This document shows, piece after piece, positions 1 to 10,327 of a stretch of DNA of 32,000 bases (the first letter of the stretch is position 1; every line of letters starts with the position of its first letter). The position numbers and the translations under genes are program-made. The notes under the pieces were generated by a model, which worked only from the letters and a program-made list of their open reading frames with translations, did not search any database and was not told where the DNA came from. The DNA is from Candidatus Odinarchaeia archaeon (GTDB lineage: Archaea; Asgardarchaeota; Odinarchaeia; Odinarchaeales; Odinarchaeaceae): positions 6,370-38,369 of the forward strand of contig JAHQXC010000003.1 in assembly GCA_029856525.1 (NCBI GenBank), read 5' to 3'.

Positions 1-1
1 C

Positions 2-823
2 GGTAAGACTACTGTGGGACGCTGCACGCTTCGGTTAATAGAGCCTACGTCAGGTGAAATATACTATAACGGTGAGAATATTCTGAAATTTAAAGGAGCG
101 CAGCTTAATAAATTCCGCTGCAAGGCTCAAATAGTTTTCCAGAACCCGCATGCTTCACTGAATCCGAGGATGAAAATAAAAGATATTCTATCCGAACCTA
201 TTAGAATTCATAAACTTCTACCTAAAAATGAGATTGAAAACCGTGTACTCCAGTTGATAAGCGAGGTTGCTTTAGAGCCTAGTCATCTTGTCCGCTATCC
301 TCATGAGTTTAGTGGAGGCCAAAAACAGCGGATAGTTATCGCTAGAGCTCTTGCATTAAACCCTGAGTTTATAGTTTTAGATGAGCCTACATCCGCGTTA
401 GATGTCTCCGTTCAAGCACAGATATTAAATTTACTGATGGATTTGCAGAGGAAGTTTAAATTAACATACCTGTTTATAACACATAACCTTAATATCTGCA
501 GGCATATAAGCGATGAAATAGCTGTCATGTATGTGGGTAAAATTGTTGAACGCGCCGGCGCTGATGAACTTTTCGAGGAGCCTCTTCACCCTTACACTCA
601 AGCGCTTTTATCAGCTAACCCTATACCAGACCCTGAGGCTAAGAGAAGTAAGATAATTTTAACAGGAGAGGTTCCAAGCCCGATTAATCCGCCTAGTGGT
701 TGTAGATTCCACCCCAGGTGTCCTAAAAGAATGGATGTTTGCGATAAATCTGAGCCTTCTTATATTCAAGTTAAACCAGGTCATTACGTGGCTTGCTATC
801 TTTATTCAAATAATAAGAGTTGA
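2..823 (+). CDS. Oligopeptide/dipeptide ABC transporter ATP-binding subunit (OppF/AppF/DppF type), 5'-truncated by the window edge
   Basis: Frame opens with the end of Walker A (GKTTVGR); Q-loop VFQNP, signature FSGGQKQR, Walker B IVLDEPTSALD, H-loop FITHN, C-terminal oligo_HPY region (HPYTQALL...GCRFHPRCP). Confidence 0.95.
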   Translation, partial: GKTTVGRCTLRLIEPTSGEIYYNGENILKFKGAQLNKFRCKAQIVFQNPHASLNPRMKIKDILSEPIRIHKLLPKNEIENRVLQLISEVALEPSHLVRYPHEFSGGQKQRIVIARALALNPEFIVLDEPTSALDVSVQAQILNLLMDLQRKFKLTYLFITHNLNICRHISDEIAVMYVGKIVERAGADELFEEPLHPYTQALLSANPIPDPEAKRSKIILTGEVPSPINPPSGCRFHPRCPKRMDVCDKSEPSYIQVKPGHYVACYLYSNNKS

Positions 824-1434
824 TGAAAATGGAGCGTCTTTCAAAAACAGAGCTTTACAGGAAGCGAAAACTCTCAGGGCTTCTAGGATTTATACATATA
901 ATGTTATCTCTTCTATCCGCGTTCATGCTAGGATATCCTTATAGTGCTTTCCTAATGGAGGCTGGTGGAAGCTTCTCTATATCAGAATATAATATGCTTT
1001 TTATATTCGGTGGATTAATTCTCTATTTCACAGGGTTAGCATTCGCGTTATTAGCTTTTTACGTGGATAGGAAACCGTTTAACATAGAGCATCCTGTTAG
1101 AAGACGCCACCGTTCTCTGCCAATGTTTCTCACCTGGCTTTTAGCATGGAATCTCATCGATATATTTATAGTCGGCAACTTCGCTCGAACAAGTCTCGCT
1201 TTCACATCTTTCTGGATGAATACTATAAACGATTTTGTAATCAGGTATGTTCTCGTTTTAGGCTCCATTATATTATTCATGCTCATACTTATGACGTTTA
1301 CATACAATAAGATTATACCTGACAGGAGAAGCTTAGAGTTAAATGTATTTAAGAGAAGGCTAATTTACGTTGGAGTTATCTGGCTGTTAATTATACTCGC
1401 TTTCAGCATAGGAGTCTTTATAAACATAGTTTGA
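820..1434 (+). CDS. Hypothetical multi-pass membrane protein (204 aa)
   Basis: About five hydrophobic segments; ATGA overlap with the ABC ATPase stop suggests translational coupling. Confidence 0.75.
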   Translation: MMKMERLSKTELYRKRKLSGLLGFIHIMLSLLSAFMLGYPYSAFLMEAGGSFSISEYNMLFIFGGLILYFTGLAFALLAFYVDRKPFNIEHPVRRRHRSLPMFLTWLLAWNLIDIFIVGNFARTSLAFTSFWMNTINDFVIRYVLVLGSIILFMLILMTFTYNKIIPDRRSLELNVFKRRLIYVGVIWLLIILAFSIGVFINIV

Positions 1435-1446
1435 ATCGTGGTGTAA

Positions 1447-2283
1447 ATGGGTTTTTTTAAAAAATATGTTTATACGATTCACGGTAATGATGCGGCTCCA
1501 ATGCTTCCTTTAATCGATGCGACGAAAACATACGGTTTCGCTTTCACATGTATCCCTGTCCCTCTGAGAGTGGATAAAGTGATTAACGGAGAGTTAACCA
1601 CTTTTATCACACCTGATAAAAATATACGTGTAGAATTATCCGGTAAACTCTATTCACTTAACATTATAAAACTCATAGAAGAAGTGGTCTATCTTTTAAT
1701 TCACTGGAGTAAAAACATTGTCAAATCTAAATTTAACAGGGATCTGCCGAGGGAACGCTTAGCCTCATGGCTTTCTAAAACTTTACACGCTAAGATTATA
1801 GCTCCCACGCTATCCGAGGACGCGGGGGATTTCATAAAAAATTATTTCGAAACAGTTTTAATCTCCTATTTTAAAAACAGCAGTTTAAATGAAGCCTTGA
1901 AATCCTATTTAAATTATATAGTTGAGAGGTGTATGAAGCGTATTTCCAGTAATCGAATAAAGGTTTCAGTCGAACAGGTTTATGTAGACTACCCTATGTT
2001 AGAAGAGGAGATCCCTGAAGAGGATTATCTTAACCCTGAGGTGAAAGGTAACACTATACCAGTAGACGTCTACTTAAATAATAAATTGAAGACGATGAGT
2101 TTCCGACCTTTTCTAGTATACCAGGATTTACTTGAAACAGCCGAATACACATTGAAGAGAATAGAGGAATCAGAGTTAATAACCCCAATGGATTTAATAG
2201 AGAAACATATTATAATTTTTGACGATGGAAAACTTCAGGGAGAAGTTGAGTTATCCGAGCTTATAGATAAGATCATATTCTGA
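1447..2283 (+). CDS. Hypothetical soluble protein (278 aa)
   Basis: Long ORF in operon position with upstream GGTG SD; no motif recognised. Confidence 0.75.
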   Translation: MGFFKKYVYTIHGNDAAPMLPLIDATKTYGFAFTCIPVPLRVDKVINGELTTFITPDKNIRVELSGKLYSLNIIKLIEEVVYLLIHWSKNIVKSKFNRDLPRERLASWLSKTLHAKIIAPTLSEDAGDFIKNYFETVLISYFKNSSLNEALKSYLNYIVERCMKRISSNRIKVSVEQVYVDYPMLEEEIPEEDYLNPEVKGNTIPVDVYLNNKLKTMSFRPFLVYQDLLETAEYTLKRIEESELITPMDLIEKHIIIFDDGKLQGEVELSELIDKIIF

Positions 2284-2313
2284 CTTCGCTTTAATTAACA
2301 TCAGGTGTCGAGA

Positions 2314-3144
2314 ATGGTGCAGATAGCTTTTCAAGGTGAAAGAGGCGCTTATAGTGAGGAAGCTGCTTTAGAGTATTTCGGCGGCGCAATCTCCTTTAAA
2401 CCATGTTATAGCTTCCAAGAAGTTTTTGAACAGGTGGCGGGGAAACAAGTTGATTACGGTGTTGTACCGGTGGAAAACTCGTATACAGGTAGCATCGTGG
2501 ATACATTTGATCTTTTATTAAATTTTAATGTGAACATAGTCGGTGAGAAAATTCTGAGAATAAAACATAATTTAATAGTGAATAAAGGTGTCTCATTAGC
2601 TGATATCCGTGAGATTTACGCTCACCCTCAGGCTATAGCGCAATGCGATGTTTTCCTTAAAAAAATAGGTAAGCGCGTTATTCCATTCTATGACACCGCT
2701 GGTAGCGTTAAATATATTAAAGAGAATAATCTTATGAACGCTGCTGCTATAGCAAGCCGTTACGCCGCTGAAATATATGATATGCATATTATAGCTGAAT
2801 CGATTGAGAGCGTTTCTAATAATTATACGCGATTCTATATAATCTCTCTTAAGGAGTCTGTGAAAGGCTTAAAGAATAAGACTACCATCGTTTTCTCTAT
2901 TAAAAATATCCCTGGATCTCTTTATAATTGTTTAAAGCCTTTAGCTGAAGCAGGTTTAAACTTAACTAAAATAGAGTCGAGGCCTGATAGAAAGAAACCG
3001 TGGGAGTATATTTTCTACCTTGATTTTGAGGGTGTTAAAGATGATCCGATTGTAAGAAAGGCTTTAATAGAGCTTGAAGCTAAAACCTCGTTTCTAAAGA
3101 TTCTAGGATCATACCCGGCTGATACTTCAACAGTGATAGGGTGA
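2314..3144 (+). CDS. pheA: Prephenate dehydratase (PDT + ACT domain)
   Basis: IAFQGERGAYSEEA, GVVPVENS, HPQAIAQC, NYTRF, TKIESRP, YIFYLDF, ILGSY motifs; ATG 2314 preferred because of AGGTG SD at 2303-2307. Confidence 0.95.
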   Translation: MVQIAFQGERGAYSEEAALEYFGGAISFKPCYSFQEVFEQVAGKQVDYGVVPVENSYTGSIVDTFDLLLNFNVNIVGEKILRIKHNLIVNKGVSLADIREIYAHPQAIAQCDVFLKKIGKRVIPFYDTAGSVKYIKENNLMNAAAIASRYAAEIYDMHIIAESIESVSNNYTRFYIISLKESVKGLKNKTTIVFSIKNIPGSLYNCLKPLAEAGLNLTKIESRPDRKKPWEYIFYLDFEGVKDDPIVRKALIELEAKTSFLKILGSYPADTSTVIG

Positions 3145-3169
3145 ATGGTATACGCATTCTGTTAAATGT

Positions 3170-3994
3170 TTGATAACGGGAGGGACAAGCGGTTTAGGTA
3201 AGGCTACAGCGCTCAGCTTAGCTAAACTCCCTTCATCTCATATTATAATTTTAGGTCGTGATAGAAACCGTTGTGAAGCAGCTGTATCAGATATTATTCA
3301 AGCTACCGGTAACAAGTTAGTTGAATATAGATTAGCGGATTTATCTTCTCAGGCAAGTATTAGAAGCTTTGCTTCAAAATTTAGAGACGAGTTAACTCCT
3401 ATTAATATACTTATAAACAACGCGGGGGTTATGTGTCAGAAAAGAATTTTAACAGTAGACGGATACGAGTTAACGTTCGCCGTTAATTATCTGGCTCCTT
3501 TTCTTTTAACGAATCTCTTAATAGACTCTTTAAAAAATAACACACCCGCCCGTATAATAAACGTTGCCTCGGATTTTCACAGTGATCGAATAGACTTTGA
3601 TAATCTTAACGGTGAAAAAAGCTTCTCTCCTTTCAAAGCTTATAAGCTCTCTAAGCTTGCTTTAATTATCTTCTCATTTCATCTTTCTAAAAAACTTTTA
3701 AATACCGAGATTACAGTTAACTGTTTCCATCCAGGTTTTCTTAAAACAAATATCAGCCGAGGCTTAAGCGGCGTTTACAAATTCGGATTTAAAACAGCTT
3801 CTTTCTTATTCGGCAAAAACCCTGAAAAAGCTGCATCTGATCTAGTGTATTTAGCAACCTCCCCTGAGTTAAGTAACGTGACTGGTAAATATTTTAAAGG
3901 ACGTGTTGAAGCTAAACCGGCTGCGGTAGCATATGATATTCAAATAGGCGAGAGACTATGGGATTTAAGCTTAAAGCTCACCGGGTTATCTTAA
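3170..3994 (+). CDS. Short-chain dehydrogenase/reductase (retinol DH/WWOX-like subgroup); start uncertain
   Basis: TGGTSGLG Rossmann motif, DLSS, NNAG, AVNYLAPFLLT, catalytic YKLSK (YxxxK), HPG. Confidence 0.9.
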   Translation: MITGGTSGLGKATALSLAKLPSSHIIILGRDRNRCEAAVSDIIQATGNKLVEYRLADLSSQASIRSFASKFRDELTPINILINNAGVMCQKRILTVDGYELTFAVNYLAPFLLTNLLIDSLKNNTPARIINVASDFHSDRIDFDNLNGEKSFSPFKAYKLSKLALIIFSFHLSKKLLNTEITVNCFHPGFLKTNISRGLSGVYKFGFKTASFLFGKNPEKAASDLVYLATSPELSNVTGKYFKGRVEAKPAAVAYDIQIGERLWDLSLKLTGLS

Positions 3995-4052
3995 AAATAT
4001 TAGCAAGCTTAATATAATCTTCTTTTTCAAAAATTATAGTTATTAAAGGCTG

Positions 4053-4805
4053 ATGAGTATGATATCTAACCGATTCTATATTAATAAAATCTTAAGTAAT
4101 ATTATAGACGAGGATGTTCACCGGCATCTTATAAAGTATAGTAGAGGCGAATTCCCAGGCCCGGATTTGCTTATAAAAATTAAAGGCGGAAAGATCACGG
4201 TGAACGCTGATTACGAGTACACTAATTTCATAGAGTTTTTATTCATCTCAGAAGTAGATTCAAAGACTTTTAATGTTAAAGGTAAAATCTATGCTTTAAA
4301 AGATGTAGCATCTTATCTTAAAGATTTAGGCGTCTCTTCGATGAAGAAAACGCCGCCGCTTTACTTTACTGATATAAACGGTTTATTTAACAGGGAGATT
4401 TTACTTAAAATATTCGATAACGAGTTTATAACAGCAGCTTTGTTTAATATTAATCCGGGAGTCGATTTTTACTCTAATATAAAAACAGGGATGCGCATAC
4501 CTAAACCTAAAATAGAGCGGTCTGAAACACCCCCATCTTTTATAACTATGAGAGTGGATGTAAACGAGCTTATAGATAAGCCTGCTAATTTTTTAAAACT
4601 TTTAATTCCCGATTTACCTGAAGATAAAATAGACTGTGAGACGATAAAAGTTGAAAACGATTTCACCGTGAATGAACTAATATTCCCTGAAAATAAGGAG
4701 AAGATCCCCCCTTCACAGTTAAGATATATGGTTAAAAAGAAAGGTTACTTGACACGTAGAATCACCGTAGATGATTCTATTATAGAGGGGACATATTATT
4801 TTTAG
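4053..4805 (+). CDS. Hypothetical archaeal protein (250 aa)
   Basis: Long ORF with normal composition; N-terminal DEDVHRHLIKYSRGEF resembles uncharacterised archaeal proteins (recall only). Confidence 0.7.
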   Translation: MSMISNRFYINKILSNIIDEDVHRHLIKYSRGEFPGPDLLIKIKGGKITVNADYEYTNFIEFLFISEVDSKTFNVKGKIYALKDVASYLKDLGVSSMKKTPPLYFTDINGLFNREILLKIFDNEFITAALFNINPGVDFYSNIKTGMRIPKPKIERSETPPSFITMRVDVNELIDKPANFLKLLIPDLPEDKIDCETIKVENDFTVNELIFPENKEKIPPSQLRYMVKKKGYLTRRITVDDSIIEGTYYF

Positions 4806-4993
4806 TAAAACTATAGTCCGGGTTATATATCCTCCTATTTAAGTTGAGTGTTTAAACGCATCTCACATGAGACTTGTTGAGAGTATATCACAACGCTTAT
4901 ATTCTAAATTAATCTTCGATAAATAATATAGGCGCTTATAGTGGATTCCACCAATTTACAGATCGTTCACAATCTTATTTGAGCTGAGATAGT

Positions 4994-5647
4994 ATGATAA
5001 ACGATAATAAATTTAAAACACCCGGTTTCCAAACCGGGACAACCACTCTCGGATTAATTTATAATGAAGGTGTTATTTTAGCCAGTGAAAGCCGCGTCTC
5101 TGAAGGATATTACGTGGCTAGTAAGACAGGTAAGAAAGTTTTAATGATAGACGACCATATAGGTATGACTATCGCCGGTTCAGTTGCAGACGCTCAATCG
5201 ATGGTTGATCAGGCTAGAGCGTTAGCGAAACTTTATTTTTATGATAAAGGCAGGAAGATGCCTGTTAAAGCAGCGGCTAAGCTTATATCGAATATTCTAT
5301 TCGGCCAGCGACCGTTGTATTTAATGACAGCGCTTCTAATAGGCGGCGTGGACGATGAGGGTCCACATCTTTTCAGTTTAGACTCCGCGGGGTCACTTAT
5401 ACCGGATAAATACACTTCCACAGGATCAGGCTCAGTGATAGCTTACGGTGTTTTAGAGGACTCTTATAAGGATGGTATGAGTGAACGTGAAGCTGTTGAA
5501 CTCTCTATAAGAGCTATCTCCGCAGCTAAGAAGCGTGATGTTTTTTCAGGTAACAAGATAAGCGTGGCTGTAATAGATAAGAAGGGGTTCAGACTGCTTT
5601 CAGATGAGGAGATAGAAGCGGTTGAGCGTAAGCTTTCAAGCCAGTGA
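4994..5647 (+). CDS. psmB: Proteasome beta subunit
   Basis: Propeptide ending QTG then catalytic TTTLGL; ASESRVS, KV, GMTIAGSVADAQ, STGSGS, RDVFSG. Confidence 0.96.
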   Translation: MINDNKFKTPGFQTGTTTLGLIYNEGVILASESRVSEGYYVASKTGKKVLMIDDHIGMTIAGSVADAQSMVDQARALAKLYFYDKGRKMPVKAAAKLISNILFGQRPLYLMTALLIGGVDDEGPHLFSLDSAGSLIPDKYTSTGSGSVIAYGVLEDSYKDGMSEREAVELSIRAISAAKKRDVFSGNKISVAVIDKKGFRLLSDEEIEAVERKLSSQ

Positions 5648-5649
5648 TT

Positions 5650-6435
5650 TTATTTTCCAATAATATTAATAATGATCTTTCCGTCAAGGTTTTCATCAAC
5701 TTGTTTAAGCGTAGATATTAAAGCTATAACCGTGTTTCTTATTATTTTAGCCGGGAATTGTTTCAAAGGCAGTTTAGCACCGTTAACAACTATCTCTATT
5801 CTAGAATCTTCTGTGATCACTGGACAGTCGCTTAGACTTCTCTCCCCTTTATATATTCTTTCAGCCATCTCAAAGCAGCTAAAACCGCATTTTAAACAAT
5901 CTAATTTAGGGAGCTCTCTGTAAAACTTGTAAACTGAGTTAAACTCTTCTATATACCGTTCAACTCTCTTAATTAACTCTTCGAATTCTAAGCTCTCCTC
6001 CCCGCTCTTATACGAGTAGTATCCTAGTATAGGCGGTTTTATATCGCTGAAATAATCTTTCAATTGTTCACTGTTAGTGTAACAGATGATTTTAGCTATT
6101 CGACTATCTTTTCGAGCGATTTCTGAAAAACCCTCTAATATTATAACATCTACGGGTGTGATAATGTTTTTTTCAATATCTTCAATTGAAGCCGGTTCAA
6201 CCACACTATCCGCGTATATCGTAATCTTCCCGGCGGAGAATAATATAACAGGACTCGCTCCAGCTTGATGGAATCTATAACTATCGGTTCCTTTATCATC
6301 TAATTCAAGTTTATGAGTAGTATGCTTCACAGCAGCCACTTTTATTTTACGATTAATTAAAGCAGCTATTATTCTCTCAGCTAACCCGGTTTTACCTGTA
6401 TCTTTTTTCCCTAATATGCATATGACCGGATGCAA
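5650..6435 (-). CDS. mobB: Molybdopterin-guanine dinucleotide biosynthesis protein MobB with C-terminal Cys-rich (Fe-S) domain
   Basis: Reads on the minus strand (CAT at 6433-6435). P-loop GKKDTGKT, VAAVKH, DDKGTDSYRF, IILEGF; C-terminal LPKLDCLKCGFSC...DCP. Confidence 0.9.
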   Translation of the reverse strand: MHPVICILGKKDTGKTGLAERIIAALINRKIKVAAVKHTTHKLELDDKGTDSYRFHQAGASPVILFSAGKITIYADSVVEPASIEDIEKNIITPVDVIILEGFSEIARKDSRIAKIICYTNSEQLKDYFSDIKPPILGYYSYKSGEESLEFEELIKRVERYIEEFNSVYKFYRELPKLDCLKCGFSCFEMAERIYKGERSLSDCPVITEDSRIEIVVNGAKLPLKQFPAKIIRNTVIALISTLKQVDENLDGKIIINIIGK

Positions 6436-6588
6436 TTATCTCCCCTTCCATTTTATAATTATTTTATGTTAATCTAAGTTTCATATAAGTTTTAAAATAA
6501 GCGGATTCAAATTATATAAATGTTAAAAATCAAGCTGTAAACTATTAATATATTAGGTTTGAATACGTGAATTGGATGTGGAATTCTC

Positions 6589-7329
6589 ATGTCTATGTTA
6601 ACTGCAGCTGACGCTTTAAATACGGCTATTAGTGAAAACGATCCTGTGAAACGTTCTCAAAAATTTTTTGAAGCCTGCCTTCTTTTATTTAAAGCCGGCC
6701 GTTTTGATGAAGCGCTGAAATATATATTTAATGTAACAGATGCTGAACAATTTATTAATCTCGTCACAGACGAATATTTTAACACGAAGCTTTTTGAAAT
6801 GAGCATGGTTAAAACGCTTAAAGACCTGCTTGTAAAAGCTGAAGAGAAAATATCCTCTTTAAATAGTATAAGCGATCAGATTCGCATGAGTTTAAAAATT
6901 TCTCTTTCATATTTTCGAATCGGGTTAATCCCCGAGTCTCATAGGATAGTTGAATTCGTGTTAGAATCTATTAGAAAATATACAGGCGAGGACCGTGATA
7001 GCTTACTTTGCATGTTAGTTGATGTGCAATCTAGAATTAGTGATTTAAAAGAGGCGCGTAAAACTGCAAGTGAAATAAAAAACCGGGTTTTCAAATCTCT
7101 AGCGTTATTATATATTGTGAAAGCGTTCTCGTTTAAAGATCAAACAGATGAAGCTATTCTAGTCGCTAACGAAATAGATGATCCTATTCAAAGATCTAAT
7201 GCTTTTACATATATAGCGGCTTCCTTGATCAGGAAGAGGAATATTCATGAAGCTGAGCTTATCGCAGCGCTTATAACTGTTCCAGTTTGGAGGGAGAAAA
7301 TAAAGCATTGGATTCACGTTTACAGATGA
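6589..7329 (+). CDS. TPR-like/alpha-helical repeat protein
   Basis: Repeating helix pairs, e.g. A..I.NRVFKSLALLYIV and A.EIDDPIQRSNAFTYIA. Confidence 0.65.
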   Translation: MSMLTAADALNTAISENDPVKRSQKFFEACLLLFKAGRFDEALKYIFNVTDAEQFINLVTDEYFNTKLFEMSMVKTLKDLLVKAEEKISSLNSISDQIRMSLKISLSYFRIGLIPESHRIVEFVLESIRKYTGEDRDSLLCMLVDVQSRISDLKEARKTASEIKNRVFKSLALLYIVKAFSFKDQTDEAILVANEIDDPIQRSNAFTYIAASLIRKRNIHEAELIAALITVPVWREKIKHWIHVYR

Positions 7330-7438
7330 GCAGGCTTAATTCATCTAATTTTGAAACTCAATCATCTCATATTCGGAGATTTTATAAAAGCTGTTTTTAA
7401 GTAAAACTTATTAGATTATAGGATGATAAATATTTTAG

Positions 7439-7870
7439 GTGGTTGTTTTGCCTCAAAGCATGCGTATCCTCCAAAAAAATCTTAAAAACGCTAGAGCTAA
7501 GCTAGAAGAGGCTTTTAAAAACATTGTAGAAAAAGAGAAGATGGCTAATTTTTATAAATACTATGCGAATTATTACTGGGTTAAATCATCTGATATTCAG
7601 ATCCAACTCTGGTTGAAGGAATTTAATGAGCTTTTAAACCAGAAATCTTTAGTTAACGATAAAAATACTCTGGCTGATAGAATTAAAAGAGTTGAAAATG
7701 ATATCGTTCACATACTCTCTAATTTAAAGAAATGTGATGAAGAGGCTGTTCAAAAGAACTGGAAGGTTAGATCAAAGTATAAGACTATCCACGATTATAT
7801 TCGTGAGGTATACGGTAAAGCTGCAGAGCTGCGGCGTTTACTTAAAAAAGTTAGTGCTAATTTTTTATAG
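7439..7870 (+). CDS. Hypothetical alpha-helical/coiled-coil protein (143 aa)
   Basis: GTG start after AGGTG; heptad-like charged helices. Confidence 0.65.
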   Translation: MVVLPQSMRILQKNLKNARAKLEEAFKNIVEKEKMANFYKYYANYYWVKSSDIQIQLWLKEFNELLNQKSLVNDKNTLADRIKRVENDIVHILSNLKKCDEEAVQKNWKVRSKYKTIHDYIREVYGKAAELRRLLKKVSANFL

Positions 7871-8201
7871 GGATTAGGCATAGGAATACTAAGTCTGTTG
7901 CTCCTATATTCTTATAATAGTGAGGCTCATTCGGTGGAATGTAAATAGCTGTATTCTCCTCAACCTGGTAGCTTTCATCACCGTTTTTAACAACACCTCT
8001 CCCTTTTAATATGAAGATTTCATGCTCCCAGTTATGACTATGTAACCCTATCTCCCCTCCAGGTTTGACTGTGAAAAGTCTCATAGCGAAGTTCTCAGCT
8101 CCGCAGATCTCCTTGTTTATTAAAACCTTTATATAAGTGTCTTTGACACCTTCTTGATTAACTAATTCAGCTTTCACATCTTTAACTTTTTTAATATACA
8201 A
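7857..8201 (-). CDS. Cupin_2 domain protein
   Basis: Metal-binding cupin motifs GLHSHNWEHEIFILKG and IYIPPNEPHYY. Confidence 0.9.
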   Translation of the reverse strand: MYIKKVKDVKAELVNQEGVKDTYIKVLINKEICGAENFAMRLFTVKPGGEIGLHSHNWEHEIFILKGRGVVKNGDESYQVEENTAIYIPPNEPHYYKNIGATDLVFLCLIPIKN

Positions 8202-8282
8202 TTTATTTACCTCCTATTGAAATAAATTTTTATATTATCTCTTTATGTATTATACGCTTAAAAACTAATGCGGGGTTGTTTT

Positions 8283-8807
8283 TTGCCGTTTACACTCTTA
8301 CATTACCCGGTTGCATTCATATTTTACCATATTACTAAGAAGCGTCTTAACCTACCTGTTTTAGTCATATCTTCAATGATACCTGACTTGGAGATACCTT
8401 TCATGTTTTTATTAACAGGCGGTTTAATCGACCGCTTAGTTTTTCATAGTTTAATAGGAGGCCTAGTTTTAGGTATCCCTTTAACTATACTAGTCTTTTA
8501 CCCTCTTTACAAAATATTTTTCAATAAGATAGCCGCCGTCTCATTTAAAAAGGAGTCGTATAAGATTTTAGTTTTATCAGCTGCCATAGGTGTTTTATCT
8601 CATATAATTTTGGATTCAACCCAGCACCCTTATAACCCATTGTTTTGGCCTATCTTATCAGAGTCTTTTAACGATCTCATTTTATTCGGTAATCTGATTA
8701 TCGCGTCTAATCTTCTATATATGGTTTTCACGACCGCCATGTTGCTAATTATCTTATATGCTTTATTGAATAGGAAGGGGTTTTTAACACAAATCTTCAT
8801 AGAATAA
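8283..8807 (+). CDS. Membrane metal-dependent hydrolase-like protein (DUF4184/YdjM-like)
   Basis: PFTLLH, SMIPDL, FHSL, SHIILD, PLFWP; TTG 8283 preferred over ATG 8268. Confidence 0.8.
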   Translation: MPFTLLHYPVAFIFYHITKKRLNLPVLVISSMIPDLEIPFMFLLTGGLIDRLVFHSLIGGLVLGIPLTILVFYPLYKIFFNKIAAVSFKKESYKILVLSAAIGVLSHIILDSTQHPYNPLFWPILSESFNDLILFGNLIIASNLLYMVFTTAMLLIILYALLNRKGFLTQIFIE

Positions 8808-9353
8808 TTTTAAAATAAGATATTTTTTGTTTTCTTCAGATTATCAAGTTCATCTATTGTAAGAAAAACACTGTTTCTTAAAAATCCTGTTACAGGTTTA
8901 AACTCTTTTTCATTTCCAGGTTAAACTTGTATTCACGCTCTTCAATCTAATCGAATTATTCTTTTAACTTTATCAGCAGGGGGCTTTTTATGAAAACGGG
9001 GAGGTCCCTCTCTTTAATAGTAGCCGTATTTTTTACAATGCTTGTTCGCATTTCATTATACTCAAATTTATTGAAGAGATTAATAGAGATTATATTGTGA
9101 AAAACCTTATCTCTAAAAAGTATTTTTAAAAATCAGCGTTTACATCTTCTACACTTTAAAAACACTGGATTTGAAGACTCTGAGAAGCCTGTTAAGAGAG
9201 AGCCTCTAATCCGCGCTGAGACTGGATCGTAGACTACATCTCTAATGAAATTTAAAGCTCTCTCCGAAAGGAATAGTGGTTGACTTATAGAAAAAGATTT
9301 AAATAATATTTATGTGATTATAGCTACGGTTTTATTTAAACTCTGGTTTAGAA

Positions 9354-9968
9354 GTGGTTGAAGTGAGCGATATAAAACTTTTTAATAAATGGGATTATGA
9401 TAACCTCCAGGTTAGTGATATAGGCCTTCAAAGATATATCTCGCTTAAACCTGTTGTGCTTCCGCACACCGGGGGTAGGCATGAGCATAAACGTTTCGGT
9501 AAATCTGAGGTTCCTATAGTGGAGAGATTCGTTAACAGGCTTATAGCGGTTGGTTTAGCTAAAGGTAAAGGCGGTAAGCATATTAAGATGTGTATCGCTA
9601 CAGGTAAGAAGCAGACTGCTATTAATATTGTTAAAAACGCTTTTGAAATAATTAATTTAAGAACAGGTAAGAATCCTATTCAAGTTTTAATAGACGCTAT
9701 TGTTAACTCAGCTCCACGTGAGGATACTACTAGAATAAGTTATGGTGGTATAGTTTACCATCAATCTGTTGACATGTCTCCTCAGAGGAGAGTGGACATG
9801 GCTTTAAGATTTCTCGCTCAAGGTGCTTTAAAAGCTAGTAAGAAAAATTCTAGTACTATCGAGGAGTGTGTAGCTGAGGAGCTGATAGCTGCTTCCGAGA
9901 ATAATCCTAAAAGCTATGCTATTAGTAGGAAGGAGGAGCGTGAGCGGATCGCTGCAGCGGCTAGATAA
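9354..9968 (+). CDS. rps7: 30S ribosomal protein uS7
   Basis: KLFNKWD, PHTGGRH, PIVERFVN, NPIQVL, PREDTTRI, VDMSPQRR, CVAEEL, KEERERIA. Confidence 0.97.
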   Translation: MVEVSDIKLFNKWDYDNLQVSDIGLQRYISLKPVVLPHTGGRHEHKRFGKSEVPIVERFVNRLIAVGLAKGKGGKHIKMCIATGKKQTAINIVKNAFEIINLRTGKNPIQVLIDAIVNSAPREDTTRISYGGIVYHQSVDMSPQRRVDMALRFLAQGALKASKKNSSTIEECVAEELIAASENNPKSYAISRKEERERIAAAAR

Positions 9969-9990
9969 AATTTTATATAACTTACATTTT

Positions 9991-10287
9991 TCAACTTATA
10001 TTTTGAGATAACTCGATAAGATCCGCGGCTATTCCTTCTCTTTCAATATAAAGTTTTAAATTCTCGAATTTTATCATTTTAGCTTTATAAGCGTCTACTA
10101 TTATAGCTAGTTTGGTTACCACTCTGCATATTTTATTTAACACTATATCGTTTATCACCCGTTTTTTACTATTTACTATCTGCCATATTTTATCGATACG
10201 GTTTTGTATTTCATCGGCTTTAAATTTGCCCTCATCTGTTATAGCTAGTATAGAGCTTATACGCTCAAGCTCTATATTGACGCTCAC
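9991..10287 (-). CDS. Small helical hypothetical protein, paralog of 10578-10889
   Basis: GTG 10287 follows AGGTG SD; 13/43 ungapped identities over the C-terminus with the 103-aa ORF. Confidence 0.75.
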   Translation of the reverse strand: MSVNIELERISSILAITDEGKFKADEIQNRIDKIWQIVNSKKRVINDIVLNKICRVVTKLAIIVDAYKAKMIKFENLKLYIEREGIAADLIELSQNIS

Positions 10288-10327
10288 ATCAAACACCTAT
10301 ATTTCACGGTTATATTCGATAATAATT

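Noticed and set aside
5650-6435. ORF track strand label '+' for the MHPVICILGKK protein
   Set aside because: The + strand here reads TGATTTTATTTTCC...; the protein is encoded on the reverse complement (CAT at 6433-6435), so it was annotated as minus.
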